64,000 nt of DNA from Alphaproteobacteria bacterium (GTDB taxonomy: Bacteria; Pseudomonadota; Alphaproteobacteria; MPNO01), in assembly GCA_964291675.2 (NCBI GenBank), contig OZ219866.1, forward strand, positions 2,176,001-2,240,000. Reading direction: 5' to 3'. The notes under the pieces were generated by a model. The model ran no database searches. It was not told the origin of the DNA and saw nothing but the letters and a program-made list of their open reading frames with translations. Below are positions 47,398 through 57,791 of this stretch, piece after piece. Each line of letters begins with the position of its first letter. The stretch's first letter is position 1. The translations under genes and the position numbers were made by a program.

Positions 47398-48332
47398 TGT
47401 GGGACCTGGTGTTCTGGACGGGGTTGCTCGGCGGCGCGTTGCGGCTCGCGACCCCCATCCTGTTCGCCGCAATCGGCGAGACGCTCGCCCAGCGTTCGGG
47501 GGTCCTCAATGTCGGCATCGAGGGAACCATGCTGGCCGGCGCCTTTCTCGGCTTCTACGGGGCCGTGGAGTCCGGCTCGCCCTGGATCGGGCTGCTGGCG
47601 GCGATGGCCGGCGGCGCCCTGTTCGGGCTGCTCCACGCCGTCTTCTGCGTCAGCTTGCGGGTCGACCAGATCGTGGCCGGGATCGCGCTGGTGGTGCTCG
47701 GGCTCGGGCTCTCCGGCTTCGCCTACCGCCTCACCCTCGGCGCCGCCGACCGGCCGCCCGATGCGCCGACCTTCGACCGGCTCGATTTCGGCATGCTCGG
47801 CAGGCTGGACTTCGTCGGCCCGGTCCTGTTCGGCCATCATGCGCTGGTCTATATCGGCATCGGCGCCGCGCTCGCGCTGTTCTGGTTTCTCTACCGCACC
47901 GCGCCGGGTCTTGAGATCCGCGCGATGGGAGAGAGCCCGGCGGCCGCCGATGCCGTCGGCGTGGACGTCGTCCGGACCCGCTATGTCTGCACGATCTTCG
48001 GCGGCGTCATGGCGGGCATCGGCGGCGCCTATCTTTCGATCGGCCAGGTCGGCGGTTTCGTCGAGAACATGGTGTCGGGCCGCGGCTTCATCGCCATCGC
48101 GTGCGTCGTCTTCGGCCGCTGGAACCCGCTGGGCGCCATGTCGGCGGCGCTGTTCTTCGGCCTCGTCGACGCCGCGCAGATCAGGCTCCAGGTGCTCAAC
48201 TCGGACATCCCCTACCAGTTCTTCGTGATGCTGCCCTATGTGCTTGCGGTGGGGTTCCTGATCCTGTTCGCCGGCCGGGCGCGGATGCCCGCTGCGCTGG
48301 GCATCCCGTTCTTCGGCGGGCGGCGGCGCTGA
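47397..48332 (+). CDS. Nucleoside-type ABC permease 2
   Basis: ATPILFAAIGE, SGVLNVGIEG, GRGFIAIA..FGRWNP. Confidence 0.88.
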   Translation: MWDLVFWTGLLGGALRLATPILFAAIGETLAQRSGVLNVGIEGTMLAGAFLGFYGAVESGSPWIGLLAAMAGGALFGLLHAVFCVSLRVDQIVAGIALVVLGLGLSGFAYRLTLGAADRPPDAPTFDRLDFGMLGRLDFVGPVLFGHHALVYIGIGAALALFWFLYRTAPGLEIRAMGESPAAADAVGVDVVRTRYVCTIFGGVMAGIGGAYLSIGQVGGFVENMVSGRGFIAIACVVFGRWNPLGAMSAALFFGLVDAAQIRLQVLNSDIPYQFFVMLPYVLAVGFLILFAGRARMPAALGIPFFGGRRR

Positions 48333-48425
48333 GACCGGCGAAGCGATCGCCCGTTGCACGCGAACAGACGACGCGGGATAGTGAATTCGATAACCAAACG
48401 AAGCTCGATCGGGGAGGACAAAATC

Positions 48426-49403
48426 ATGGCCTTTGGACGTTCGATTCTTGCCTGCGCGGCGCTCTTGCTGCTCGCGCCGGTCGCGGTCGATGCCCAGGAC
48501 AAGCCGCTGCGCGTGGCTCTCGTGCTGCCCGGGCCGATCACCGACGGCACTTTCAACTCCGCCGCCAACAAGGGCATCGAGCTCGCCAAGAAGAAATACA
48601 AGCTCGACGTGTCCATGCAGGAGAACACCCCCTTCGCCGGGATGGAGGAGGCGCTGCTCAACTATGCGCGGGCCGGCTATGACGTGGTCATCGGCCACGG
48701 TTTCCAGTTCGCCGAACCGGCCAGGAAGATCCACAAGCGCTTCGCCAAGACGTGGTTCGTCGTAACCATGGCCAAGGTGTCCGGCGGTCCCAACCTCGCG
48801 TCGCTCGACGTGCGGCTCGGCGATTCCGGCTATGTCGCCGGCGCGCTCGCGGCGCTGGTCAGCAAGACCGGCGTGATCGGCACCGTCGGCGGCATTCCGG
48901 TCCCGGTGATCCAGGAATACACCGACGGGTTCGAACGCGGCGCCAAGCGCTTTCGTCCCGACATCGAGGTGCTGTCGGCCTATGTCGGCTCGTTCACCGA
49001 CGTGGCCAAGGCCAAGGAGATCACCACGTCGATGATCGAGCGCCGCGCGGACGTGGTGACCGCCCAGGGCAACGAGTCGGTTATGGGCACCATCAACGCC
49101 GCCAAGGAAGCCAAGATCATGGCGATCGGGACGTTCTTCGACGCGCACATGGCGGCGCCCGAGAGCATCGTATCGACGGCGCTGGTCAACATGGATGTCG
49201 GCATAGATCTGCTGCTCGGCAAGATCATCGACGGGTCCATCGAGCCGCGGAACTACCTGTTCGGCTTCAAGGAAGGCGTGCTCGGCCTCGCGCCGTATCA
49301 CGCCTTCGACGCCAAAATACCCGCCGCAGACAAGGAGAAGATCCGCGCCCTGATCGCCGACATCGAGGCGGGCAAGGTCGAGGACCTGCCGAAGATTCGC
49401 TAG
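48426..49403 (+). CDS. BMP-family ABC substrate-binding protein
   Basis: RBS GGAGG; signal peptide; D.TFN, GHGFQF, GSFTD..KAKE; start ATG 48426. Confidence 0.9.
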   Translation: MAFGRSILACAALLLLAPVAVDAQDKPLRVALVLPGPITDGTFNSAANKGIELAKKKYKLDVSMQENTPFAGMEEALLNYARAGYDVVIGHGFQFAEPARKIHKRFAKTWFVVTMAKVSGGPNLASLDVRLGDSGYVAGALAALVSKTGVIGTVGGIPVPVIQEYTDGFERGAKRFRPDIEVLSAYVGSFTDVAKAKEITTSMIERRADVVTAQGNESVMGTINAAKEAKIMAIGTFFDAHMAAPESIVSTALVNMDVGIDLLLGKIIDGSIEPRNYLFGFKEGVLGLAPYHAFDAKIPAADKEKIRALIADIEAGKVEDLPKIR

Positions 49404-49633
49404 CCGGGCGGGCAAAGACGGGTTCGACGTCCGCTTCGGAGCGCCGAACGCCGGCGTTGGCCGGTTTCAGCGAAAGGCAACTTTGACCGTCGGCGGCGGC
49501 GACCGGCGTTACGAGTTCTTGCAGTTGTCGGGCCTATGCTTGACGCTGAGAACCGGCAGTGAGAGCATGCCGCGGTCGAGCTTCGTTCCGAACTCCCCCA
49601 ACGCGTTGCCCGCCGGGGCCTGGAGGGCGAGCC

Positions 49634-50845
49634 ATGTCGAGGAACCTTGCTGAGTGGCGGGCGGTTCCCGCGTTGCCGCACAGCCACTTCGTCGACAATT
49701 CGATCTACACCGACGAAGCCGTGTTTCGCGAGGAACAGGCGAAGATATTCGGCGGCATCTGGAAGTTCGTCTGCCACGAGGGCGAAATTCCCGATGCCAA
49801 CGATTTTCGCACCTGCCAGGCCGCCGGCCAGCCGCTGGTCGTCACCCGGGGAGAGGACGGCCGGGTGAGGACGTTCGTCAACGCGTGCTCGCACCGGGGC
49901 ACGATGGTGGTCACTGAACCCGCGGGCAATGCCACGCACTGGACCTGCGTCTTCCACCAATGGGTCTACGACAACCTGGGCGCCTGCGTCGCCATACCGC
50001 GGGACGAGGCCTACCGGCATTGCGATATCGACCGTTCGAAGCTCGGCTTGCGCGAGGTGCGCACCGAGGTCCGGCTGGGCCTGGTGTTCGTCAATCTCGA
50101 CGACGGCGCGGAACCGCTCGATGCGTTCCTGGGCGATGCGCTGAGCCCGCTCGAGAGCGTGCTGGGCGAACGGCCGCTGGAGCCGTTCCACTATCATCGC
50201 TGCGTGCTCGACACGAACTGGAAGCTCTGGCAGCTCACCAATACCGAGCCCTACCACGAGTTCATGCACGTCTATAACCGGAAGACGAGCCTCACCCGGA
50301 ACGATTTCTTCGATCGCGCGTTCAACTGCCTGCCCAACGGTCATCTGAGCATCGGCTCCTTCAAGCCCAACTACGCGCGCGGGACCGATTACGGGACGGA
50401 CGAGGTGCGGATGCGGCCGCTCCCGGGCCTCCAGCCCGACGAGTGGATCATCGTCGACCTTTTTCCCGACGTGATGATCAACGTCCGGACGACCGTGGCC
50501 CGCATCGACTCCCTGGTCCCGCTGAGCCCGACGAAGACGCTGGTGGAATACCGCGGCCTCGGGATCAAGGGCGAGCCCGAGGAAGACCGCGCCATGCGCA
50601 TCCGCCACCACAACGACGTGTGGGGACCGTTCGGGCGCAACCTGCCGGAGGACAACCGGGGCACCGAATTGCAGATGAAGGTGATGCGCGGCGATGCGAT
50701 TCCCTACAGCATCCATGCGCGGGAGGAGGGAGGCACCGGCCAGGACGACAAGCCGGTGCGCGCGTTCTTCGCCGAATGGGGCCGGTTGATGGGCCGCGAT
50801 CCGGCAAACCCCTTCAATGGCGCGCCGGCGACCCGGGTTTCGTGA
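49634..50845 (+). CDS. Rieske non-heme iron oxygenase alpha subunit, methanesulfonate monooxygenase MsmA-like
   Basis: CSH-X17-CVFH Rieske motif, EPYHEFMH iron ligands, MSRN..EW N-terminus and HHN..WGPFGRNL.ED as I recall them for MsmA. Confidence 0.8.
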   Translation: MSRNLAEWRAVPALPHSHFVDNSIYTDEAVFREEQAKIFGGIWKFVCHEGEIPDANDFRTCQAAGQPLVVTRGEDGRVRTFVNACSHRGTMVVTEPAGNATHWTCVFHQWVYDNLGACVAIPRDEAYRHCDIDRSKLGLREVRTEVRLGLVFVNLDDGAEPLDAFLGDALSPLESVLGERPLEPFHYHRCVLDTNWKLWQLTNTEPYHEFMHVYNRKTSLTRNDFFDRAFNCLPNGHLSIGSFKPNYARGTDYGTDEVRMRPLPGLQPDEWIIVDLFPDVMINVRTTVARIDSLVPLSPTKTLVEYRGLGIKGEPEEDRAMRIRHHNDVWGPFGRNLPEDNRGTELQMKVMRGDAIPYSIHAREEGGTGQDDKPVRAFFAEWGRLMGRDPANPFNGAPATRVS

Positions 50846-50848
50846 ACC

Positions 50849-51313
50849 ATGACGGTCACGCGCGATGCCGTCATGGAGGTCATCTACGGCTCGTGCCTGC
50901 TGCTCGACGAAGAGCTCTACGACGATTGGCTCGACGAGCTCTGCGATCCCGGGTTTCGCTACAGCATCACCGCGTATTCCAACGAGATAAAGAAGCGCAT
51001 GACCTGGCTCGATCACGGCGCCGAGTCGCTGCGCGCGCTGTGCGCGATGATCCCCGAGCACGTGACCTACCAGGGCCGGTTCCACCGCCACGCGACCCTG
51101 TACCGGCTCTCGCTCGCGAAAGTCGCGGGTACCGCCGAGGCGGTGTCGTCGCTGGTGGTGATCCACACCGACCTCGAGGGCGAGTCGCGGTTCTATGCGG
51201 CGGGCCGCTACAACGACACGCTGGACCTGTCGGGCGCCCAGCCCCGCCTGCTCGCGCGCAATGTCGACCTCGATACCCGCGTCCTCGAATTCGGCTCGCA
51301 CAGGCCGTTGTGA
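50849..51313 (+). CDS. Rieske oxygenase beta subunit, MsmB-like (NTF2 fold)
   Basis: IYGSCLLLD, FRYSITAYS.EI....WLDH, GRY.D, DTRVL. Confidence 0.78.
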   Translation: MTVTRDAVMEVIYGSCLLLDEELYDDWLDELCDPGFRYSITAYSNEIKKRMTWLDHGAESLRALCAMIPEHVTYQGRFHRHATLYRLSLAKVAGTAEAVSSLVVIHTDLEGESRFYAAGRYNDTLDLSGAQPRLLARNVDLDTRVLEFGSHRPL

Positions 51314-51412
51314 CCGCAAGGCGGGACGCGCGATCGCGTCTTGTTACCGGGGGATCTGCGCGCGAGGCAGGATCGACGATAAAGCTGCAACAAGACCAAG
51401 GGAGGACAACAG

Positions 51413-52411
51413 ATGAAGAACTCGTTCGGACGCATCGTCCTTGCAGCCTCTGTGGGCTGCCTTTCCGCCGGCGCCGGGTTGCACGCCGTCGCGGCGGAAG
51501 TGACGCTAAAATCGCTCTCGGCGGCGCCCCGCCATCTCGTCTTCATGAAACCGATGGACGAGTTCGAACGGCTGGTCAACGAGAGAGGCGAGGGGGTCGT
51601 GAAGATCAGCTATCTCGGCGGGCCCGAAGCGATTCCGACGCCCGAGCAGTTCCGTGCCATCAGCACCGGCCTGGTCGATGTCCATGTCGGGCCGAACCAA
51701 TGGTTCCAGGGCCAGCTCGCCTACTCCCAGGTCTTCAATCCGGGCAACAAGTCGGTCGCGGAGCTGCGCGAGGGCGGCGGCTTCGCGGCGATTCAGGCGG
51801 AGTATCGCAAACACGCCAATCTTGAACTGTTGAACTACCTGGGGGAGCCGGTCAGGTTCTATCTCTACTTGCGGAAACCGCCCAAGCGGACCGCCGACGG
51901 CGGCATCGACCTGTCCGGGCTGACCATCCGCGGGACCGGCACCGAGAAAACGTTTCTCCACAAGCTCGGCGCCGTGCATCGCAATATCCAGGTGCCGGAG
52001 ATGTACACCGCCTTGCAGCGGGGCGCGATCGACGGGGTCACCTATGTCAACATCGCGGTTACCCAGCTCGGGCTTCACAAGTTCCTGAAGTATCGGGTTC
52101 GGCCGACATTCGCCCAAGGCGATCTCGCCACCAACGTCAATCTCGACCGGTGGAAGTCGCTGTCCCGCGAAGCCAGGGCCGTCCTGAACCAGGCAGCCCG
52201 CGATACCGAGACCTGGACCAATGCGTTTTGGGAGAAGATCGCCGCCGAAGAGCTCGCCAAGCTGCGGCAGGCCGGCATGCAGGACATCGCCCTGACGGGC
52301 AAGGCCGCCAAGACCTATGTCGGGCATTACACGAACTCGCGTTGGGCAGAGATCGCCAAGCGAATCGGGCCCGACGAGTCCAAGCGCTTTCATGACCTCT
52401 TCACCAAGTAG
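51413..52411 (+). CDS. TRAP transporter substrate-binding protein (DctP)
   Basis: Signal peptide, GGPEAIP, LSGLTIRG, EMYTALQRGAIDG. Confidence 0.88.
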   Translation: MKNSFGRIVLAASVGCLSAGAGLHAVAAEVTLKSLSAAPRHLVFMKPMDEFERLVNERGEGVVKISYLGGPEAIPTPEQFRAISTGLVDVHVGPNQWFQGQLAYSQVFNPGNKSVAELREGGGFAAIQAEYRKHANLELLNYLGEPVRFYLYLRKPPKRTADGGIDLSGLTIRGTGTEKTFLHKLGAVHRNIQVPEMYTALQRGAIDGVTYVNIAVTQLGLHKFLKYRVRPTFAQGDLATNVNLDRWKSLSREARAVLNQAARDTETWTNAFWEKIAAEELAKLRQAGMQDIALTGKAAKTYVGHYTNSRWAEIAKRIGPDESKRFHDLFTK

Positions 52412-52436
52412 CGGTTGTTGACCGGGCGCCGAACGC

Positions 52437-52949
52437 GTGCAGCGTTTGGCCAGGATCTATGACGCCACGATCGTCGCCTCCGCGGTCGTGGCGGGCGCGC
52501 TCGTCGCATTCATCTTCGCGGCGATCTTTGTCGATGTGACGGTTCACGCCTTCGGTGTTCAGCCCCCGGTCTGGGCGGCCTCGGCGGTCGAGTATTCCAT
52601 GCTTTATCTGACCATGCTTGCGGCCCCCTGGCTGGTGCGCAAGAAGGCTCACATCGTCATCGATATCGTCCGGTCCCAGGTTTCCGAGGCGGCGCGGCGG
52701 AGGCTTGAGCTCATCGTCTGTGCGACCGCGATCGTCGCCTGCTTCATCCTCGCCTATTTCGGCGCGGAGCTGACCATTGACACCTACGAACGCGGCGATC
52801 TCGACATCCGCTCGGTCGACGTGCCGCGCTGGCTGCTATACGCGCCGATGCCGGCCGGGTTCCTGTTGCTCGGGTGCGAGTTCGTGCGCCTTCTGTTCGG
52901 TGCCGACTCGCTCTATCGCGACAAGCCGGCCGAGGGCGGAGGCCTGTAG
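52437..52949 (+). CDS. TRAP small permease (DctQ)
   Basis: Four TM segments, EYSMLYLTML.APW, HIVID. Confidence 0.85.
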   Translation: MQRLARIYDATIVASAVVAGALVAFIFAAIFVDVTVHAFGVQPPVWAASAVEYSMLYLTMLAAPWLVRKKAHIVIDIVRSQVSEAARRRLELIVCATAIVACFILAYFGAELTIDTYERGDLDIRSVDVPRWLLYAPMPAGFLLLGCEFVRLLFGADSLYRDKPAEGGGL

Positions 52950-52951
52950 AC

Positions 52952-54265
52952 TTGGCCTGGTACGAAGCCGGCGGATTGATGCTGGGCCTGCTCCTTGCCC
53001 AGATGGCCATCGGCATGCCTGTCTTTCTCGCCTTTCTCACGACCAATGCGATAGGCGTCATGCTGTTCATGGGCGGGACCGGCGACTTCGCCCAGCTCAT
53101 TTCGAACGCGACCGTGACGGTGACCAGCTTCCTGCTGGTTCCGGTTCCCCTCTTCATCCTGATGGGGGAGATATTCTTCCACACCGGACTCGCGCTTCGC
53201 GTCTTCGAGGGCGTCGACAAGATGGTCGGGCGCCTGCCGGGGCGATTGTCGTATCTGGCGGTCGTCAGCGGCACCATCTTTGCGACGCTCTCCGGTTCGA
53301 GCATCGCCAGCGGGGCGATGATGGCCTCGATGCTGGTGCCCGAAATGACCAAGCGCGGCTACAGCATCAACCTCTCGGTCGGTCCCATCCTGGGGTCGGG
53401 CGGCCTCGCGATGATCATCCCGCCCTCGGCGCTCGCGGTGCTGCTCGGCAGTCTGGCGCGAATCGACATCGGTGCGCTTTTGATCGCCGGGTTGTTCCCC
53501 GGCATGATCCTGGGCGGCCTCTACGTCATCAATATCTTCATCCACGTCAAGGTGAACCCGGAAGCGGCGCCGGAATACGACGTCGCGTCGACATCGCTCC
53601 TCGAAAAGCTGTGGGCATTCGTCGCCAATATCCTGCCCATGGTGGTGATCGTGTTTGCGGTCGTCGGCGTGATCATCCTCGGCATCGCGACGCCGTCGGA
53701 ATCGGGCGCCTTCGGAGTGTTCAGCGTTCTCGCTCTCGCCGCCGCCTACAGACGGCTCAGCGTGGACGCGATCGTGCGCGCCGTAAGGGGGACGCTGATC
53801 GTCACCGCGATGACGTTCATCATTCTCGTCGGCTCATCCACCTTCAGCCAGATCATGGCGTTCGCCGGCGCGAGCTCCGGGCTGGTGGTGCTGGCGGGCG
53901 AGCTTCGCCTCGGGCCCACCGAGATGCTGCTGGTGATGTTCACCGTGCTCGTGCTGCTCGGCATGTTCGTCGATCAGCTATCGCAGATGATGCTGACGCT
54001 GCCGATCTTCATGCCGCTGATCGTCGCCCTGGGGTTCGATCCGATCTGGTTCGGCGTGGTCATGCTGCTGGCGATGGAAATCAGCCTGATCACGCCGCCC
54101 TTTGGCGTCCTCCTGTTCGTCATGATGGGCGCCGGCCCGCCCGGAGCGACATTGCCCAAGGTCGCCCTGGCGGGGCTGCCCTATATCTTGTGCGGGATCG
54201 TGCTGCTCGGTCTGCTGATAGCGTTTCCCGGGATAGCGCTCTATCTGCCCGGGCTTGCCGGTTGA
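52952..54265 (+). CDS. TRAP large permease (DctM)
   Basis: PVPLFILMG, FATLSGSS, IIPPS, TPSESGA, ITPPFG; start TTG 52952 or ATG 52979. Confidence 0.9.
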   Translation: MAWYEAGGLMLGLLLAQMAIGMPVFLAFLTTNAIGVMLFMGGTGDFAQLISNATVTVTSFLLVPVPLFILMGEIFFHTGLALRVFEGVDKMVGRLPGRLSYLAVVSGTIFATLSGSSIASGAMMASMLVPEMTKRGYSINLSVGPILGSGGLAMIIPPSALAVLLGSLARIDIGALLIAGLFPGMILGGLYVINIFIHVKVNPEAAPEYDVASTSLLEKLWAFVANILPMVVIVFAVVGVIILGIATPSESGAFGVFSVLALAAAYRRLSVDAIVRAVRGTLIVTAMTFIILVGSSTFSQIMAFAGASSGLVVLAGELRLGPTEMLLVMFTVLVLLGMFVDQLSQMMLTLPIFMPLIVALGFDPIWFGVVMLLAMEISLITPPFGVLLFVMMGAGPPGATLPKVALAGLPYILCGIVLLGLLIAFPGIALYLPGLAG

Positions 54266-54287
54266 GGCCGCCGCGGCGACGCCGTCC

Positions 54288-57053
54288 TCAGAACCCGTCC
54301 GGAAGCAGCCCCATCTCCCGCGCGCGGCGCACCGCCTCCGTGCGGTTGCGCGCCTTCAGCTTGGCGAACAGCTTGCGGATGTGATAGCGCACGCCGTAGG
54401 CGCTCAGCCCCAGCGCGTCGGCGATCTCTGTGTCCCGCTCTCCCTCGAGCCGCCGCAGAACCTCCCTCTCTCGCTCGCTCAGGGCTGGAGGTCGAGCACC
54501 ATCGAGCCTTTCCATCGCCGCCAGAATCGAGCGCGCGCTCTCCTTGCCGGGAGACTCCGGGGCGGCTTCGAGCAATGCCGCCAGGGGTCCGGCGCAGTCC
54601 GCGCGCTCCCGCACCAGCGGGCCCGCGTAGGGCGTTTCGGCGTACAGGTCGAGATACGCCTCCATATGTCCGGCCGCGGCCGCTGCCGCGCCGGCGCGGA
54701 TTTCGAGCACAACGGTCAGCGCGAGCGCGCGCATCAGCGTCCGCCGCAACCCCCGCGCCGCCACCGCCGCGCGCAGCTCGTCGGCGAAGCCGCGGCCTTC
54801 CTCGAAGCGCCCGCGCCCGATCGCCAGGCGAAGGCGCGCACAGGACAGCGCCTCCATCTCGCGCCAGGTCTGGCCGGTCAGGTCCAGGCAGCCGGCCGCC
54901 GTCTCCGGCAGATCGTCCGACTTCCAGGCGCTTTCCGCTTCGCCGACCAGCCCCGCCATCGCCAGCAGCGAAACCCGGAGCGCCGAAACGTACCGCACGA
55001 GGGCCGGCAGCCGGGCGCCGCGCACGTAACCCAGCATGTCTTCCGCCGCGGTCAGCGCGCTGTCGACACCGTCGTCCCGCAGCTTCAGCTCCACCACCGT
55101 GCCGCTCGCCCCCGCAGCGGCCCGCAAGGGCGAGCTTCCCGGCTCCAGCGCCCGCGGGATGCGGGTGAGCTCCGCCTCCGGCGCCGCGCGGCCGCATTCC
55201 AGGGCAAGCTCCTGCGACAGAACCTCGCAGATCGCCGCCGACTCGCTCTCGACCCCGTAACTCTCCCGCGCGACCCTCGCGGCTCGACCGTAATGCGCCG
55301 CCGCGTCCTTCACCCGGCCCTGCGCCATGGCGATCTGCCCGACGTGGATTTCGAGGAACATCGTCATGTAGCGACTCTTGCCCAGGCACGCCTGCGCCCG
55401 CGCGGCATGGTCGAGGCCGGTCCTGAAATTCGCCGTCATGCTGCCCACGATGCAGAGGCTGACCTCCATGATGCCCCGCGTCAGAACGTCGATCGACGGC
55501 GAGTCCGCGAGCCGTTCGACCTCGGCCAGAAGCGTCCGCACCAGCGAAGAGCCGAAGCGCTCCGCGCCGTACAGGACGATCATGCCGCGTACCACGCAGT
55601 GCTCCGCCGCCGTCTCCAACGCCACCTCGCTCGCATCGTCTTCGAGACTGCCGATAAGCGCCGCCAGGGGACGGTATCTCTCCTTCGCCTCTTCCATCCG
55701 CCCCGACAGGATCAGCGCCAGGCAGCGCGCCAGCCCGAGCCGCGGCCGCGCGCCGATGACGTCTTCGCTCAGCAGACGCTCGGCGGCCTGGAACTGGACC
55801 AGCCCCTCCCGGGAGAGCAGGCGAACGCCGCCCGCCCGCTCCATGATCTCGCCCGCGAGCGCCGCCTCTCCCGCCTCGACGGCATGACGCATGGCGACCG
55901 CCGTCTGGCCCCGGCGCGCGAGAGCTTCGGCGATGCGCCGATGGATGATGCGAAACCGCTGCGGCGCCTCCCGGAAGCGGCGTCTGACGCAATGTTCGCG
56001 GATCAACGGATGCAACCGCCAGATATCCGTCGCGCCGTCGCGGACAGGCTCGAGCATGCCGACCAGGACGGGCATCGTGTCGATCCGGTGCATCGAATCG
56101 CTGCGCTGCAATACGTCGTCGAGAAGCGCCGCGTCCATCCACTCGAACAGCCCGATATCGAGCAGGAATTCCCGGTCCTCCCACCCGAGCCCGGCGAAGA
56201 GCCGCGACTCCACCCAGTTCTCCACGATTTCCTGCGCCGCCCGCGCGGCATCGCGCCCGCCGCCCGCCAGCTCGTTGCGGGAGATCCGGAGCGCGAACGG
56301 CCAACCGGCCGATTCCGACATCAACGCCGTCAGCCGCTCCCGCGTGAGCTTGCCGTCGAAAAACGCCGCGACCTCCGCGCGGGAAAACCGCAGGTCTTCC
56401 GCCGACAGGATCGCCGCCCGGCCTTCCAGCACGGCGCCGGCCACGTTCACGCCGGCGGGCAACTGCCGGCACGCGAATGCGAAATGCAGGTTGGGCGGGC
56501 CGCGCTTCAGCAGGTATTCCAGCAGCGCCGCCGAATCCGGGTTCCCGAGCCGTTCAAGCTCGTCGAACACCAGCACGAACGGCTCTTCGAGATGCGCGAT
56601 CTCGCGCAGCGCGATCTCGCTGCGGCGTTCCGTCCCGCCCTCCGTCTGGCCCAAATCGGACATCGCGAGGCCCTCCAGCCCCGCGACGGAACCCGCCGCG
56701 GCGGACTGGCAGGCATAGGCGATATAGGTGTCGAGAACGGCGGGCTCGTCCTGCTCGTCCACGGAAACCCAGGCGGTGCGGACCCCGTCGTCGCGCAGGC
56801 GGCGGCAGCATTCCGCAAGCAGGATGGTCTTGCCGAACCCGGCAGGCGCCTGCAGCACCGTGAGACGCCGGCGGGTCGGCATGGCGAGCTCGACCAGCGC
56901 CGCGCGCTCCAGGTAGCCGGCCACCCGGTCCGGCACCGCGACCTTCTGGCCCAGCAACCAGGGAAGAGACCGTCCGTCCCCGGAGTGTCCGCCCGCGCCG
57001 GCGGGCGATCCCTCCGCCTTGCCGCCTCGCATGTCCCGATCGGTTCCGCTCAT
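54288..57053 (-). CDS. MalT-like (STAND ATPase + LuxR HTH) transcriptional regulator
   Basis: APAGFGKT Walker A, DLRFS..E, SAGWP, HPLIRE, C-terminal LSERE.EVL...IA..LGLS..GVRYH.RKLF.KL; start uncertain. Confidence 0.88.
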   Translation of the reverse strand: MSGTDRDMRGGKAEGSPAGAGGHSGDGRSLPWLLGQKVAVPDRVAGYLERAALVELAMPTRRRLTVLQAPAGFGKTILLAECCRRLRDDGVRTAWVSVDEQDEPAVLDTYIAYACQSAAAGSVAGLEGLAMSDLGQTEGGTERRSEIALREIAHLEEPFVLVFDELERLGNPDSAALLEYLLKRGPPNLHFAFACRQLPAGVNVAGAVLEGRAAILSAEDLRFSRAEVAAFFDGKLTRERLTALMSESAGWPFALRISRNELAGGGRDAARAAQEIVENWVESRLFAGLGWEDREFLLDIGLFEWMDAALLDDVLQRSDSMHRIDTMPVLVGMLEPVRDGATDIWRLHPLIREHCVRRRFREAPQRFRIIHRRIAEALARRGQTAVAMRHAVEAGEAALAGEIMERAGGVRLLSREGLVQFQAAERLLSEDVIGARPRLGLARCLALILSGRMEEAKERYRPLAALIGSLEDDASEVALETAAEHCVVRGMIVLYGAERFGSSLVRTLLAEVERLADSPSIDVLTRGIMEVSLCIVGSMTANFRTGLDHAARAQACLGKSRYMTMFLEIHVGQIAMAQGRVKDAAAHYGRAARVARESYGVESESAAICEVLSQELALECGRAAPEAELTRIPRALEPGSSPLRAAAGASGTVVELKLRDDGVDSALTAAEDMLGYVRGARLPALVRYVSALRVSLLAMAGLVGEAESAWKSDDLPETAAGCLDLTGQTWREMEALSCARLRLAIGRGRFEEGRGFADELRAAVAARGLRRTLMRALALTVVLEIRAGAAAAAAGHMEAYLDLYAETPYAGPLVRERADCAGPLAALLEAAPESPGKESARSILAAMERLDGARPPALSEREREVLRRLEGERDTEIADALGLSAYGVRYHIRKLFAKLKARNRTEAVRRAREMGLLPDGF

Positions 57054-57639
57054 CGCGCGCGCCGCACGGGACACGGCGGCCCGCGCCGATGTCGCGCGCC
57101 TGCCCGCGCGGTCGCGACCGCCCGCGGGCTGGGCGGCCCGGCACCGCAAATTGTCGGCCTGCTACACATCGACCTTCGTCAAGCCTGTCGGCTGGATGAC
57201 GGCCGCGCCGTCAATCGAACCTGTGGTAAATCGCTTTGCGCCAAACTATATAAAATTTTGCCCTTTGCTAAAATTCCCGGGCTTCACCGCAGATGAATTT
57301 CGCGCACGCGCTCGACCCGAAGCGGCACGACCGGCGATCGCGCCCGCTCGCAAGAGCTCGATCGTCTCGCCCATCCTTGCGAGATCGGCGAGACTGGCCG
57401 TCCGCCGCGCGGCCCTCCGATCGGGGGTCGGTCTTCCAGGCCGACCGCCAAGCAGGGGGCCGGCGCGTGACAGGCCGCTGCCGGCCGGTCGGCGGCAACC
57501 GCATTGAACGGATTTCCCGTGGAAACTCAGTAACGTACAAGAAGTCGCCCGGGTGTCTTCCCGCCGTTTCGGTCCTCTGGTCGCGCTTGCGCCGGCCGCG
57601 GTGGCCACCTAGATTCCAGACCGGGACGGGAGAAACGAG

Positions 57640-57777
57640 ATGGGCGAGGATCGGGAGTTCAGGGCCGCGGCCCCCGAGCGGCAGGCGAACGCGCTCCTGA
57701 AGCCGACGAAGAACACGGCATCGACCGACACCGGCCGCACGGCCGAAAAGGAAGCGGAACGCGCTTCCGCCGCCTAG
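57640..57777 (+). CDS. Possible 45-aa small protein
   Basis: GGGAGA RBS-like motif, ATG 57640 to TAG 57777 (MGEDREF...ASAA), immediately before the 83-aa ORF. Confidence 0.25.
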   Translation: MGEDREFRAAAPERQANALLKPTKNTASTDTGRTAEKEAERASAA

Positions 57778-57791
57778 CCCGGGATCCGGCG

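Noticed and set aside
54255-57296. 1013-aa plus-strand ORF (likewise 37634-39985 minus and 59752-61764 plus)
   Set aside because: Antisense shadows of well-supported genes, with no motifs of their own.
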